From positions 423,366 to 487,365 of the forward strand of contig NMRA01000317.1 in the NCBI GenBank assembly GCA_002633005.1: a stretch of DNA of 64,000 bases, given 5' to 3'. This DNA is from Phoronis australis (taxonomy: Eukaryota; Animalia; Phoronida). Each line of letters begins with the position of its first letter. Positions within the stretch are counted from its first letter, which is position 1. The position numbers and the translations under genes are program-made. Shown here piece by piece: positions 25,298-38,120 of the stretch. The notes beneath the pieces were generated by a model that was not told the origin of the DNA, did no database searches, and saw only the letters and a list, made by a program, of their open reading frames with translations.

Positions 25298-27591
25298 CAG
25301 AGTACTCCGAGTCAGTACTGATCTCAGGAGGCACATTGCTAGGTTCAGTCCTTCGTGACGCTACGTGTGTTGTTAGTATCCCAATAAAAGTTCAAGCAAT
25401 GAATGACGTTGGTGGAATCTGACTCTATTTAAGTCCCAGCAATGAGAAATGTGGTGGTTAGGCAGCGTGTTTCAGGACATTGGCTGTTCATTAGCGATCA
25501 CAATGTCGGCAATGAACTACTTTTCGCGAACGTGTTGGTCCATGTGTGAGTAAAACTCTACAGGCAGAAAATGACATGCATTTCAAATGGAATACCTTAT
25601 GTACGCAGACGTACGCCAGGATATGTCTCCCCTTAAAACAATTAATAACTTTCACACTCCGTCAATATGTTGGTTTTCAGACCCTAAAATGTGATTATGA
25701 CCTCGATAATATGATTACATTTAAGAACTACGTAATTCTTGGAAGGAGGCTATGCCATTCGTATGTCGGTCACTCGTTCAGCCTATCAGCTACCATTTTT
25801 ACCCAAGACATTCTGGAGAGATTTTGAAAAAATTTCCAAGCCATGCTCGGAATCAAATGGACAAAGGAACAGTCGATTATATTTTGGGAAAGATGTCCTT
25901 TATTCCGCTGTCATAAAACGATAATTTTTATGAAAAACAATCGACAAATGTCATGTGGTTAAATCCATGCAATGGCAAGCTGTGCGCCAGCACGTTCAAC
26001 GTGCATGACCTTAACTTAGGCGCAAAGTACAATGAAAGTCAATGAATATTTTTAGTCTTTGAAATCACACCCTTTGTACGACAGCATGATGGAGAGAACT
26101 GCGACGCCTTGATGCAGGTTTCCGTTCACCTGGTGCTTAACATTGTACGAAATCTAGATGACCGAAAGAGACTTAAAAAACTTTCGACTTCGGCGACTTG
26201 CTGCTGGGACAGTGGGCTTGCCAAGAAAAAGATTCCGAGATCGAATCACAATGAGATTTGCATTACTTCCAAATCATACAGTAATAGAAATTAACCCTAA
26301 ACGATTGATAAGTATTAACTTCTCCCAAAATACTTGGCGTGAATGTCTGTTATGGCAGAGACAGTCTTCGGTTATTGGAAGAAAATGAAAAAAAGACGAC
26401 AGTAGGCAATCTACAATTTATTCCATTTTGCTGATGCTACGCGCAGCTACTTATTGTGAATTCGTTTTGTTGTACTGTGTCGATGGCCTTCACAGGAAAT
26501 CATAAATACATTCATACAGACACCCACATACATACAAAGGTCGTCTCCACACTACGATCTGCCCTAGAGCAACTTGCCCCTGTTCAGTCAATCGTCCACA
26601 CTACACATCTTACACTAAACGAAAAATATGACGCAAAAGTGATTAGATCCCCTATGTATGTAACTGAGCAAGCACACGGCTGGTTATTACTTCCGCGTTG
26701 TCTGCAGGTTTGAGTCCACGTGGCTATATATACACAACTCTGGTGACACGGCGAGGCACGGGGTTGGGATAGGAGTCTGGTTTTGTGGAAGTGGAGGTGT
26801 TGATTTATTAGTACACCATCCAGACATGTAATAGCTCGCTAACTTAGGTGGACATAACTAGCAAGAACCCACCAATTAGCCATGTGCAAGGTAACATTAC
26901 GCGACATAATTCGCTGTATTCACGCTAAACCAATTTGTTAACTTGATCACTTAACGCCACGTGAATGCTATGACAACACTGGACATACCATTTAACAGAA
27001 AAACGAAAAACTGCGAATTATTTATGTCCTAAACCCCATGCGTGCTATTTCTTGTAGAAAATTTGTGTCGGCAATTTGCACATGACAGGTGTCTTAGGGT
27101 TAGCGATTCGTGTTTTGACTGCCACGGAGTCCCGAGGTGTCTTGTCAGTTTATGAAGTACTAACGCCATAGGTTTCATTTCATCATTTCATCCTAACTTT
27201 AACACACAGTGGTCCCAGAGGTACTACTTCTTTGAATGATAAGAAAAAAATGACGTATTTTGGTGTCAGAAAATTATTTTCCGAACGCAGTCATACATTA
27301 TTTTTTATTGATCTTCCTTGTTCTGATAGAGTAGCTTTCTTAACACAACAATTTCTCGTCAATCGCATGTCCGGTTATAAAAAAGTAATTGCAGCGGTCT
27401 GGTACACGTTGTACCAGACGTGCGCAGGCCGCGCATGTGGGTCCGGTAGTTAGTTTCATGCTTCTTCTTTAAAACCTCATTACTTTTCTGAGACGCTGCA
27501 GAGTAAACTTTGTGACGGCAATGCATGAACTTTGACCCTAAACCGTCAAAGTTTTCATTCTCTTTGTCACCATAAATAATTTTGAGACCTG

Positions 27592-27757
27592 GGGCACGTT
27601 TCAAGAAACTGACTTAAGTTAATTTTTGACTTAAGTCTAAGATTTGTCTAAAATTACAAACTTTGAAACTTCCACATCTGGTAAGATAGTCAAAATTTAG
27701 ACAAAATGTAAGTCAAAAACTTAAGTCAAACTTAAGATCATATTTTGAAACGGTCTC
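27592..27757. mobile_element. Fold-back MITE (Harbinger-like ends)
   Basis: Ends gggcacgtttcaag / tttgaaacggtctc with multiple internal inverted gacttaagtc and tttgtctaaa/tttagacaaa motifs. Confidence 0.55.
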
Positions 27758-28143
27758 TAGACAAATTTAAGTTTTATCTTGAAATTTACTGAAAAAGTTG
27801 TTTTAACTAAGTGAGTTTTCTACGAAACTTATTCTTGTGGTACATCTAGGGTATCATGAGAGGGGTGCCTCACCACAATGCTCAAACGACATACGTTCTT
27901 CACCGTCCAAAAACTTCGCAAAATATTGTTCTGGCACCGTGCTTTGCTTAATATGTAGAAGAGGAGACGCCTCGAACCTCTATGAATTTGCCTACAAAGT
28001 GAATGTACCTCGGTGCTAATGATTAAAATAATAATGATGAAATGAAACTGAGAGCCTCAAGAATGACATTATTGCTACTTTCTTTTGATTTTTAAAATTG
28101 AATGAGTTAAAAAGTTCTTTAAAGTATCTTATTTTCTTGTCAG

Positions 28144-28249
28144 GTATTTTGCTATACTGCACCCGCTGAGGATAACAGACGCTGACAAACGTGGCAAGTT
28201 GATGCTAGTCGTATGTTGGATATTCAGCGCCCTCGCCAGCATTCCAGAG
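28144..28249 (+). CDS. GnRHR-like: GnRH/AKH-type receptor coding exon 2 (end of DRY, ICL2, TM4)
   Basis: Acceptor ttattttcttgtcag|G completes Arg. Translation YFAILHPLRITDADKRGKLMLVVCWIFSALASIPE. Donor GAG|GTAACC. 106 bp, phase 2 to phase 0, matching exons 1 and 3. Not in the ORF track. Confidence 0.93.
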
Positions 28250-29327
28250 GTAACCAGTTTAGGATGTTTATAAATACTCCTACACACGTACAAAACGCCT
28301 GGCATTCCAACCAAAGTGTGCTCCTCAACATTCTAACCACTTAAAAGGCATTTCAGTTGAAGAAGACCTTCACGAGCTACCCAAAATCGACACTCAGCGT
28401 GAGTGACGTTTAAAGCGGTTACAAACCCGCTTCCCACCATAAAAAGATATTTTGATTCAGATCACTTACCTCTATGAAACTGATCTCAAAATGTTCTTTA
28501 ATCAAATTAGAGGTAATTTCAAGACTTCGAGGCAACCGAATGTTCGTTATTGGCTGACACCAGGGCAGAGTTCAGTTGCTGTCTTGCGGCTAGAAAAATA
28601 TAGCCAAAAATCACACGGTCTTGTATCACCCGTAGTCTCGCGAAGTCTTGGTTTTCCAGCAATGTCCTAGCCATACTGAACTCTATCCGGACTGCTTGAG
28701 TTGGCACGTCACGGAGGGTCATGTCATGAAATAATGGTCTCACAGAATAATGAACAGTCAGTTCTTTGCAAGCTCAGAAGACTCTTCCAATCTAAATAAG
28801 GAACGAACTGAGACCAATTCATATCAGTAAGTGGTATATATCAGAAGTTCGCTTTGGTTACGGAACGCGTGCTTATGAAAACACGCATCACCGTAAAAAA
28901 CTTTTAAACGTTCCAGATGATTTTTTAAAAACGCCTTAAATTTCAGTTAAATGGGTTTCAAAGCTGATGTCCAACACATGTTCGCATAGTAGTGCACGTG
29001 TAACAAACAATCAAGACGCATTTTATGAAAACAAAAAATATATATTAGTGAAACAAACAAGGCTGAAAGTTACTAAATATTTATATGTTAGTGATACCTT
29101 TTGACTAGCGAAACTCATCCGATGTTTTTAATTGGTGAATCAGGGTGAATGTACAGAAAAGTGTATCCTTAAATGAAACTACAACTCAATAAGATCCTCT
29201 GCATCGGCCATCTTGAAAAGAAATTTAAATCAAAGCGATTTCGATTGGATGAAACCTACCCCTTGCCCGCTACTTTTTTGAGAAAAACGGCTACTTTTTA
29301 TGTTTGGGGAAAAGCGCGCATGTCCCT

Positions 29328-29413
29328 TTGATGCCGCTCTACAACGCATGATGTCATGGCACGTGCAAGATTGATGCCGCTCTACAACGCATGACGTCAT
29401 GGCACGTGCAAGA
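29328..29413. repeat. Tandem duplication, 2 x 43 bp (1 mismatch)
   Basis: ttgatgccgctctacaacgcatga(t/c)gtcatggcacgtgcaaga repeated twice. Confidence 0.92.
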
Positions 29414-30424
29414 GTTCCTGTTATCATTAGCAACTATAAAGACTCAGAATCCAGTACGTACTCCAGATCAATTCACAATGAAGATCTGTGGGATTAATAG
29501 GCCCTCGTCACAGCCTAATCTTTATAAGCCATTTGGTTGAAACCCTGGCCCTTGACTAATCACAGCTAAACTTGAAAAAAAAACGCCTGTCTTAAAGGTC
29601 AAAAGTCCAAATTCTGACTACAAATAGCCAAAGTTTGATTTTAGTGTTTAATACGTTTCTACGGATTCCTGTCTTTCAATTTCGTGTTTCAGCCTTAGCT
29701 TGTTTTCGTTAAACAGGCTAAGTCATCCGTAGACTGATTTTTAGCCGAAAGTCAAAAGACAAAAACCAATAAGGACTTCGAGAAAAGGCCCCTGGTGTAC
29801 AAATATGTGACGTGGATTTCCAAGGTTTGGACAGATAATAATCGATCACTAAGCACATAAATGACAACATTAATTATAGAATAGAATTAAATAATAATAG
29901 TAATACATCATTTCAATTGCAGTTTTTACAGTTGCACAAAGTGACATAGTTTTGCAAGATGCACGAAACAATCATGACGTCTATTTTCGTGCAGATTGGT
30001 ATTTCATATAGAGGATATGATACTGTATTTAATACCTAGATTACTCCCTGATGCCAGGTTTTCCAAGCAACTCACTCCACGCGTGGAAATCGAAACATTT
30101 AGCACTGGATAACCGGAAATGGCATGAATAGGTTTACGCAATAGTACAACCCACGGTTGCCCACGCGCATCTCCCTTAGTGGTCTCACGCTTTGGTATGA
30201 CTGGAAGCAGCTGAATGAACAAGAGACGTTGTCCTGTAATACTGCCCATGCCGACAAAGTAACGAGTCTAAGAGTACTAAATATGTGAAAAATGATCTCC
30301 AGGCATGTTCTGTTTATTGATTTGTAAAGGTATAACTGTTAACTAAACGTGCATAAATGAACAAGGCAAGTGTTCAGTATCATTTATTTCCAATCTCAAA
30401 TAGGTTCCACGAACCAAATTTTAA

Positions 30425-32056
30425 AGGAGAATGCTACCCAAAACACAACCTATTTGTATCAATTTAGATAGAGTAGTTCTACTCGATAACGGCCCGTTCG
30501 GTTGCGTTACCTGACACCTGACGGCAGACGGAGGTGTTGAAATTATCCAATGACGTCATTGGTTTCACACGCAGTCATTTCAGCAGTTCACAACACGGGT
30601 TACTGGTGTCAGCTTATCGCTTGAATTCATCGCTTAACAGCAGTAAATCATCAAACTTCGATGTAAAACCCTTAAAAATACACCGAGTTTTATTTCGCTG
30701 CTGCGGATTTATTGGTATTTGGACCCACCGTAGCCTACAAAGTTCGGCAGGCCAATTTACCAGGTCCGAATCAGGAGTTCGGGGTACGTTCGGAGATAAA
30801 TTTAAAGTATACAGACAAGAGAACCAAGATCTGTGTTATTTACACTTGTGTTTTTTTTAGTTCTTAACACACAAAACGCTTGTTATCGCGGCCAGTAGCT
30901 CGGAACCCAATCAGGCCCGTCGCGGCCGCCGGGACTGGCACGAACATAAACCAGCTTGAGTTGGAAACTAAACCTCCAGTGACGAAAAGACTAAAATAGT
31001 GAGCCAAAGAAATAACGTGCACGTAATTATTTATGTGAATTAGACACCAAACTGAAAAACTACTTACTTGTCGGGGACCGCGAAGTCGGGTTCCCCTTCC
31101 ACAGACCGTCCGGTCAGGGCAAAGGTTGTACAGTTACAATGATTTGAATAATGTATTTGTATTTCTAAATAAAGATTCCCCTAACATGTGACCATAGCAT
31201 ATAAAATCGAGTAACTATTTCACAACAGCTTTCTGTCAGCAAACATTGAATTAGCAGGCGCTCACACGGCCTTGATGCCCGGTGTTACCTTTATTACCGG
31301 CATCAAAAGCTGGTAACGCAGTGGTTTATTCATTGCTGGCTTCTCAACATTTGCACTCACGAATAGTACAAAGGCATTGCAAACTGTATCTAATGAGACA
31401 GACTTTGTTTCAGTTTTATATAAGCATTGATTAGGATGAGAATAATTCATTTTGAAACAGAACGCAGAATAATAAACGTTTACATTGCAACTCGTCCGAC
31501 GCCAATCCCGACTTAGTCAAGAGCTCATCGGACGAAGACTTCACGGGTCGGATCGTTAGGTTTCACAAGCTATCAGTTCGAACCGGAATACACCGATCAA
31601 GAAATACTAGAGAAGCACCGTGAACATGCACAGGCAACGGAAAGTATGGATAGTTCTTTGGTAAGCCGGAATTCGTCAGAGACATCAAAGTCGACGAAAC
31701 ACCGGCCACAGACACGGAGATGTTTCACGGCCTCATACTTGCTATTAACAGCGTACCTTTCATTCTTCACTACCGCGAGCCACTTTCTAAGCATTTGGGG
31801 CTCTCGAGAAAGTCGAAAAAACTATATACTCGCTTTCTTCGCAGCTTCGTAGTTAGAACAAGCGGGAACGATGCACCACAATATAGCGGCATTCACTCTG
31901 CTGACGAACCACTGACGTCGGTGCGTCGTTTCTCACCTTCCTCACAGGTTAACGCGACACCTCTTGGCAAGGTGAGGTCGACCGTTTTAGAGGCAATGTA
32001 GATATAGACCAATTAAGAAGGTAAAAAAGACTAATTAAATTGGGTGGCATTCTCCT
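30425..32056. mobile_element. Kolobok-type DNA transposon, non-autonomous/decayed (1.63 kb)
   Basis: TTAA|aggagaatgctaccca ... tgggtggcattctcct|TTAA (16-bp TIR, 1 mismatch, TTAA TSD). It carries a THAP-domain remnant. Confidence 0.85.
31600..31881 (-). pseudogene. THAP zinc-finger domain remnant inside the Kolobok element
   Basis: One minus frame reads WCIVPACSNYEAAKKASI*FFRLSREPQMLRKWLAVVKNERYAVNSKYEAVKHLRVCGRCF, fitting the THAP C-x4-C...F....W...VC.x(H)F pattern. It has an internal stop, no intact ATG, and His replaced by Cys. Confidence 0.7.
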
Positions 32057-33166
32057 TTAAGCTGTTTACTTGTCTCATCTTTTTTTGTAATGGAAGGCGT
32101 GTTTGTAGCTGTTTTAACATGTCTACATACTCGCCTTCCAGCAAATAACAACTTTTGAATGAAATCACTTGCCGTTTTCGAAATTGATCTGAAATTGTTG
32201 TTTAGTCGAATTGGTGGTGATTGTAGGATTTCACAAGAACTGACACCTTGTTGTTGCTTTAGACCATTTTCTTCAAATTGGCGAGATCTCACGAAACAAC
32301 GAACTGTCAGTTCTTTGCAAACTCAGACATCATCCGTTCTTAGTAATGATCAGATCAAGACCAATTTTATGTCGTTAAGCGGCCCAAAATTAAATGTTTA
32401 CTTCCTGGACGGGCGTGGGGTTACAGGCGTTTTAAATTTTTGGTTCCAAAAATCCAAAATCAGTTTAGGCTCTACACATCAGTTGGTGCAAGCCCCATCT
32501 CAACAGTCAACTGGCACACCACAGGTTTGTCATTGTTGGTCTAGTTTATTGGCACTCCCTGTACCTGTCTGTGGCTGCGCTTCATCACTTGTTGCTGGGC
32601 CTAGCTAGGTGGTCAGTATATTCTCTCTTGTGATGATGGTGTTTGAATAAATGACACGGAAACATGTCAAGTCTATTTAAACCGTAGTTGTTTTTATTAA
32701 TGTTCATGGTTATGCCGTTTATGGCAGTGAGCATGTCAAAACCATATTACTTAGGAAGTCGGGCTAGGTTTGTTAATTTCATCACTACGTGTTTGCGTTC
32801 GCGTGTTACTTAGACATCCAACTAGCTATGACAAAAGACCTATGTTAATAACGGTAATTGTCAATCCTAGTCTCCATACAAGCGAAAGTAATGAATTTTT
32901 GCGTCCGTGGCGTGTATTAATTCTCATACTGTGACTGTTGCAACGGTCACAGTTATGCGTTACACGCACGTGAAATTCATTATACAACAATGAAAAACAA
33001 TCTTCAAGTTCGTAATTGCAAGTAGTTGATACCTAAAAGAAACCAACCCTGTTACAAATTCTGGTCAACAGTAGGTTTCAATACAAATTGTCAATTTGTC
33101 TCTGTGTTAGTCAATCCATTTGTCAGCCCGTCATTCATTAATTCATCTGCTGCCCCTGACTATCTG

Positions 33167-33206
33167 CGTGTGTTTGTGTGTGTGTGTGTTTGTGTATGTG
33201 TGTGTG
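33167..33206. repeat. (GT)n microsatellite
   Basis: Directly visible. Confidence 0.95.
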
Positions 33207-33272
33207 TCTTCTGCCTATGAGTCTGTAGCACTCTTTGTCAACCGGTGTATCTGTGCGAGCAGTTGTCTAACA

Positions 33273-33592
33273 ATCCATCCCATACATCCATCCATCCATC
33301 CATCTATCCTTCTATCCATCCACTCATTCTTCACCCACCCATCCATCCTTCCATTCACCCACCCACCCATCCATCCATCTTTCCANNNNNNNNNNNNNNN
33401 NNNNNNNNNNNNNNNNNNNNNNNNNNNNNNNNNNNNNNNNNNNNNNNNNNNNNNNNNNNNNNNNNNNNNNNNNNNNNNNNNNNNNNNNNNNNNNNNNCAT
33501 CCACCCATCCACCCACCCATCCATCCAGCCACCCATCCATCCATCCACACTCATTCTCCATCCATTCATCCATCCATCAACGCATCCACCCA
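33273..33592. repeat. (CCAT/CCAC)n tetranucleotide microsatellite spanning an assembly gap (N 33386-33497)
   Basis: Directly visible. Confidence 0.95.
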
Positions 33593-36358
33593 CAGACATT
33601 TTGATGAAGAAATAAAATCGTCGTACTTTAAATAGTTGTTGTGATATGCTGTTTTACTACATGAGACTTTTAGACAACTTATGACCGATTGGCGTTCTAA
33701 AGTTATTCTGCTGCAAAAGTTGTGGTGCTATCTTTTGCGTCGGCTTTCCGCACCATAAAATTTTGCGTCACCTATTGGCCAGTACATTGTCTCCCAATTC
33801 CTCAATCAACTGTTCTTCTTCCACGAAGTTGCATACATATCACAACGAATTATCGGAATTGGTTTAATTGCATTACAAGTTTTTATTATTTTGATACTAG
33901 CAAACCGAATTTCAGAACGAATTTTGCGCAGTGATCCATCAAAAAAGATTGTAAATGCGTTGAGTTCAGAAATTCCGATAACACCGTGTTGATGGTACAG
34001 ACTAGACTATGTTGAAATTCTCCCACAGACAAGTTGCACGAGTTACACCGATAAAAATTAAATAACAAAGTCAATACAATATAATTTACGTTTTATTATT
34101 GACACTTTTTAACAAACAAATGCAGAAAACAACTGGAAATTACTTGAAGATGCTTTAATTCGAAATTTGAGGCTACTGACATCGTATCAGAAAATTTGAA
34201 AAAAATGTCCTGGTTTCCCGTCCGATCCCAGCGGTTCCCGTTTTAGAGGTCGGGGTTTGTGTTTTTCGGGTTGGTTAGCTGTTTTGAAGGTGCAGGGTCT
34301 GATTTCGACTCTGGGATGCCTGTTTTTCACCACGATTGCAATTTCGATGGAATCCCTTGTTTGCAAGTGACTTATGAAAAAGTCTAAACAATTTCAAGCT
34401 CTAGCGCATCAATTCATATCTGATCTGTACTGTTTTGCGCCATATTGCCCAAGGCAGTTTCGTTCATTATTATATTGACATTCTGTGAAGTTTGAAATAA
34501 CTGACATATAAGCATGTGATAAGAACACGGCTTGGAGGAATTACTAGATTATTACTATATTCCGAGGAAGTAACAAAAGCGGGGAACACAGGCATTGATT
34601 CTGAGATGGTAAATTTCAATGAATTTCACGGCAAGTTTATGACGTAACAACCCTGCAGCTATGACACTCCACGCGTTATTTAGGTAAGAAGTAAAATATT
34701 CGAGCTTGTGAGAATTTTTCTACACTGTGCACATAAAATCTATCTTAGTGACAATCTTTATTTTGAAAGTCATCGGTGAATTTATGTCCTGGACTGCCGT
34801 CGTGATAAGCTGATACGCCTAACTTGGTCGACGGATAAATATGGTTTGGAAAATAGCTTACAGTTCATGCAAGTAGCATCCACGTGACACGAGTAAAAAT
34901 AAAACCTTTGAAGTGTTCAAATTTCTTTTCAATCCAGCAAATTATGTTTATCTTGTCAAAAAAACGTACTTATTTCCCCACAACAATTGCTGAAACACAG
35001 AACGGTAACTTTGGCTGTTGTCGGCTGATGCGTCGTTTCGGGTTACGGCGTCAGTCAGTTACCTCCAGTTAGTTGTACTTTCGTTGTCGAGCGGAAGTAG
35101 TGATTGTCTACCTCGCCTGTATCATAGCAAACCTCAGGGAGGTTTCATAACCGATCTTTGGATTTTTGTGACGCTTTTCAAAGTAATCTAGTCACAGAAA
35201 GACCTACTTCAATTCATTGCTACCACACCAAATGGATTTCAAAAGGGTGGATGGCGCTGTTCTGAGGAAGTGGGACTAATGTTCTCGCTTCCACTTAATA
35301 GTTTTACGTCTTATATATGTCGCGCGACGCATTGTTCAGAGGAAAACCGAGGCGACTCTACGCCCTCAGGAAAAGAGTTTTTGGTCAGCACAAAAATTTC
35401 ACCACCCTACTACACGATTTCTTCGTGGATTTTTCGCAATATTTTAGGCACTTAAAACACTAAGTAAAATAATCATGGGGATGTTATAATAAATAATATT
35501 TTGACTGCTGTAAAACTGAAATAATTTCGCCTGGCTGTGAACCTTGTTTGAAAGCACGCCTTTTCTTGATACAAACGCGGATTCCATGTACTTGGTATCG
35601 ATCCAGTGTTAGTTATAATTGGTACGAACGCTTTTGAATTCAATGAAATTCGATAATGCTATGTTTTGTATCAAAGGAGTTGTCACATGCGGTTCATCTA
35701 TGTAATTACATCTGTGGCATTCGTCACCATGTTTAATGACGATCAGTATGCAGTAAAAACATCTTTGATATGGATATATTAACCCTATTAGTTCAATACT
35801 TCATAATTCAACTCTAATTGATTCACTCATGCGTCGCGTCAGCTGACAGATGGATTAGTTTAAAGAGCCATTATCGATGAGAACAGTGGTTTTCTGTGAT
35901 CAGGCCCATCGTGAAATGGAACTTGTAATCTCTGCAGACGCAGTCCGACGCTTTGCTAAGCCCGTCCCCAGTCACCATTCAATGGCAGAGTAATCCAAGT
36001 GTCAGGGAATGACCGTCAAACGCTTTTTGTAATTTAACCAAGGAATTAAAGGGACGTTATTGACGAGAAAAGTTATTTTCTGAGATCGTCAGTGCCGACT
36101 CGACCCTCCCGGGCTCTATTCCCGCGGTCGCAATCTAACGCTCTGTTAGGGAAGCTAACACCCATTCTTAAGAGCATGTTCGCGAATAGACCAGGCAGAG
36201 GGTGATAAACGCTATGTCACAGATTCTCTTTATATTTTGTTTGTGAGATGACATTGGCCCCACTGACTCCAGACCAACTTTATTTTTTTTCAAAACGCCC
36301 CCTTTTGGTTTCCATGGATACTATTTGTTTCCGACAAGTTTTCAGCCTGGCGGTAGNA

Positions 36359-36485
36359 GGGCAGAGTATTAGCCAGGATTTAGCACGTCAGACATTTGCA
36401 CCCCCGTACTGCCAAATGGAATCTGGGAGAATTTTAGGAGGGGGAGCATGACCCCCCTTGCCCCCTCCTCTTAAATCCGCCACTG
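36359..36485. mobile_element. MITE family D partial copy (5' end lost at the single N)
   Basis: gtattagccaggattt...ccaaatggaatctgggagaattt...aaatccgccactg matches 12619-12772. Confidence 0.7.
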
Positions 36486-37314
36486 GGATCATTTAAATGT
36501 ATATTATACAAAAAATCCGGTTGAATTTGAGTTTTAGCCGTATTATCGTCAAACTCGGGTCCAACAACTTTAATTGTTATCCTAATTCACACCAGAAACT
36601 AATGAAGAAAATGAAATATTTGCTGCATGTTAGGAAGACGAATTAATATCTATTTCAGTAAGGCTTGCATATTTTGGCGTGTATTCCGCGGTGTACGTTC
36701 ATCATTGCATGTACTGTGCGTTGCTGTCTGTATTACCAATAAACGAAAGCTCGGTAATTTTAACCAGGGCATGAAAATTATCAACTAGTCTGATTACCAG
36801 TTCAAGTGATGTGGCATATGGTTTGAAAATTATATTGTACTGACGTAAGAATGCCATTCGAACAATGCGCGTACTAATGGCGAAAATCTCCACTGCACCA
36901 TCGTAACGCACAGTTCTCATTCCAAAGCTAAGGAGTTCAGCCATTGCAAATTTGTGCTGAATGCAATAGGAAAATTCCAGCACACAATGTCCACCCTATT
37001 TATTTTTACACTTGGGTACTGTCATATGATCCTTAACGCATCAGTATGTGCTTGGGTACCTTGCGTCAGGAGGAGTTTTTGGTGTCTATACAAGCACACG
37101 TGTACCTGGATTAAATAAGAGAGGCAGCGGTAAACATTGTGCACGCCAACCTCTAGAAAATTTACACGCTTAGCGGGAAACACCCGAACAAGAAAAACAA
37201 ACTGGTTTACATCAAAACACGCGTTGCTCATCGTGACTGATGATCATATGGGAACCTATTTTGTGGAGTGCGTGTAAAGTAACTCCCATGAGCTAGGTTC
37301 TCTCACCCTCATAA

Positions 37315-37442
37315 CAGGGGCGGATACAGCATTTTGAGTAAGAAGGGACAGGGCAGAGTATTAGTCATGATTTTGCCAGTCAGACATTTGCAACTCCGAA
37401 CTGCCAAATGGAATCTGGGAAAATTTTAGGGGTGGGGCATGG
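37315..37442. mobile_element. MITE family D partial copy (right TIR missing)
   Basis: caggggcggatacag...ccaaatggaatctggg matches 12619-12772. CATAA is present on both flanks. Confidence 0.7.
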
Positions 37443-37852
37443 CATAACGTGTACTTAAGTGCTACCGCAAATTCAAAACCAACACCTACTTTATTTCTCG
37501 GAAGTCGGAGAAAATTTGCCGGTAATTAAGACATTAGCAAATCTAATTGAGATAAATACTAGATTCACTGACTTCCTCGGTCGAGAATACTTTTGCTTAC
37601 GCACATACCCGAGACGATACCACCTGCACTAATACCACAGAGTCAAAATACACATTCAAGGCGATTTGAGCTACGTGAGAGGGAAAAATTCCGACCCGAG
37701 TTGACGACAAGTTCCGTGGAAGAGCCGTAGCTCCTTACAGGAAAACTGTTCTCGTTCCTCATTGGCTTGTGCGCGCCAATGTTGCGACAGGCACCGGAAG
37801 CCTGTTTGAAGACTGCGAGGAAGCGAAGTAACCACGTATCATGGTAATAGCA

Positions 37853-38007
37853 CATAAGCAGCGCAGCAATAAAGAGTGGGGGGGGGGGACTATAGCCCCC
37901 AACCCCCCTGTGGTGCACCTCTCATAGACCATGGGCGACGCAACAGTGAAAAAAGTTGGGGGGGGGACTACAGCCCCCGCCCGGCTTCCTATGGTGCACC
38001 GCGCATA
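37853..38007. mobile_element. MITE family C copy
   Basis: Dimeric gggg.ctatagcccc...tggtgcacc unit as at 10602-10743, with 5-bp TAGCA on both flanks. Confidence 0.72.
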
Positions 38008-38120
38008 TAGCACGAAATATACAAGTCCATAGTACTAGTTACCAACGATTTATCAAAACACTTTGGATTTGAAGGTAAATATCAACCAAAGGTTTACTAC
38101 TTAGACAGTACTATACATAA

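Noticed and set aside
33026-33635. His/Pro-rich and WMDG-repeat ORFs
   Set aside because: Translations of GT and CCAT microsatellites across an N-gap.
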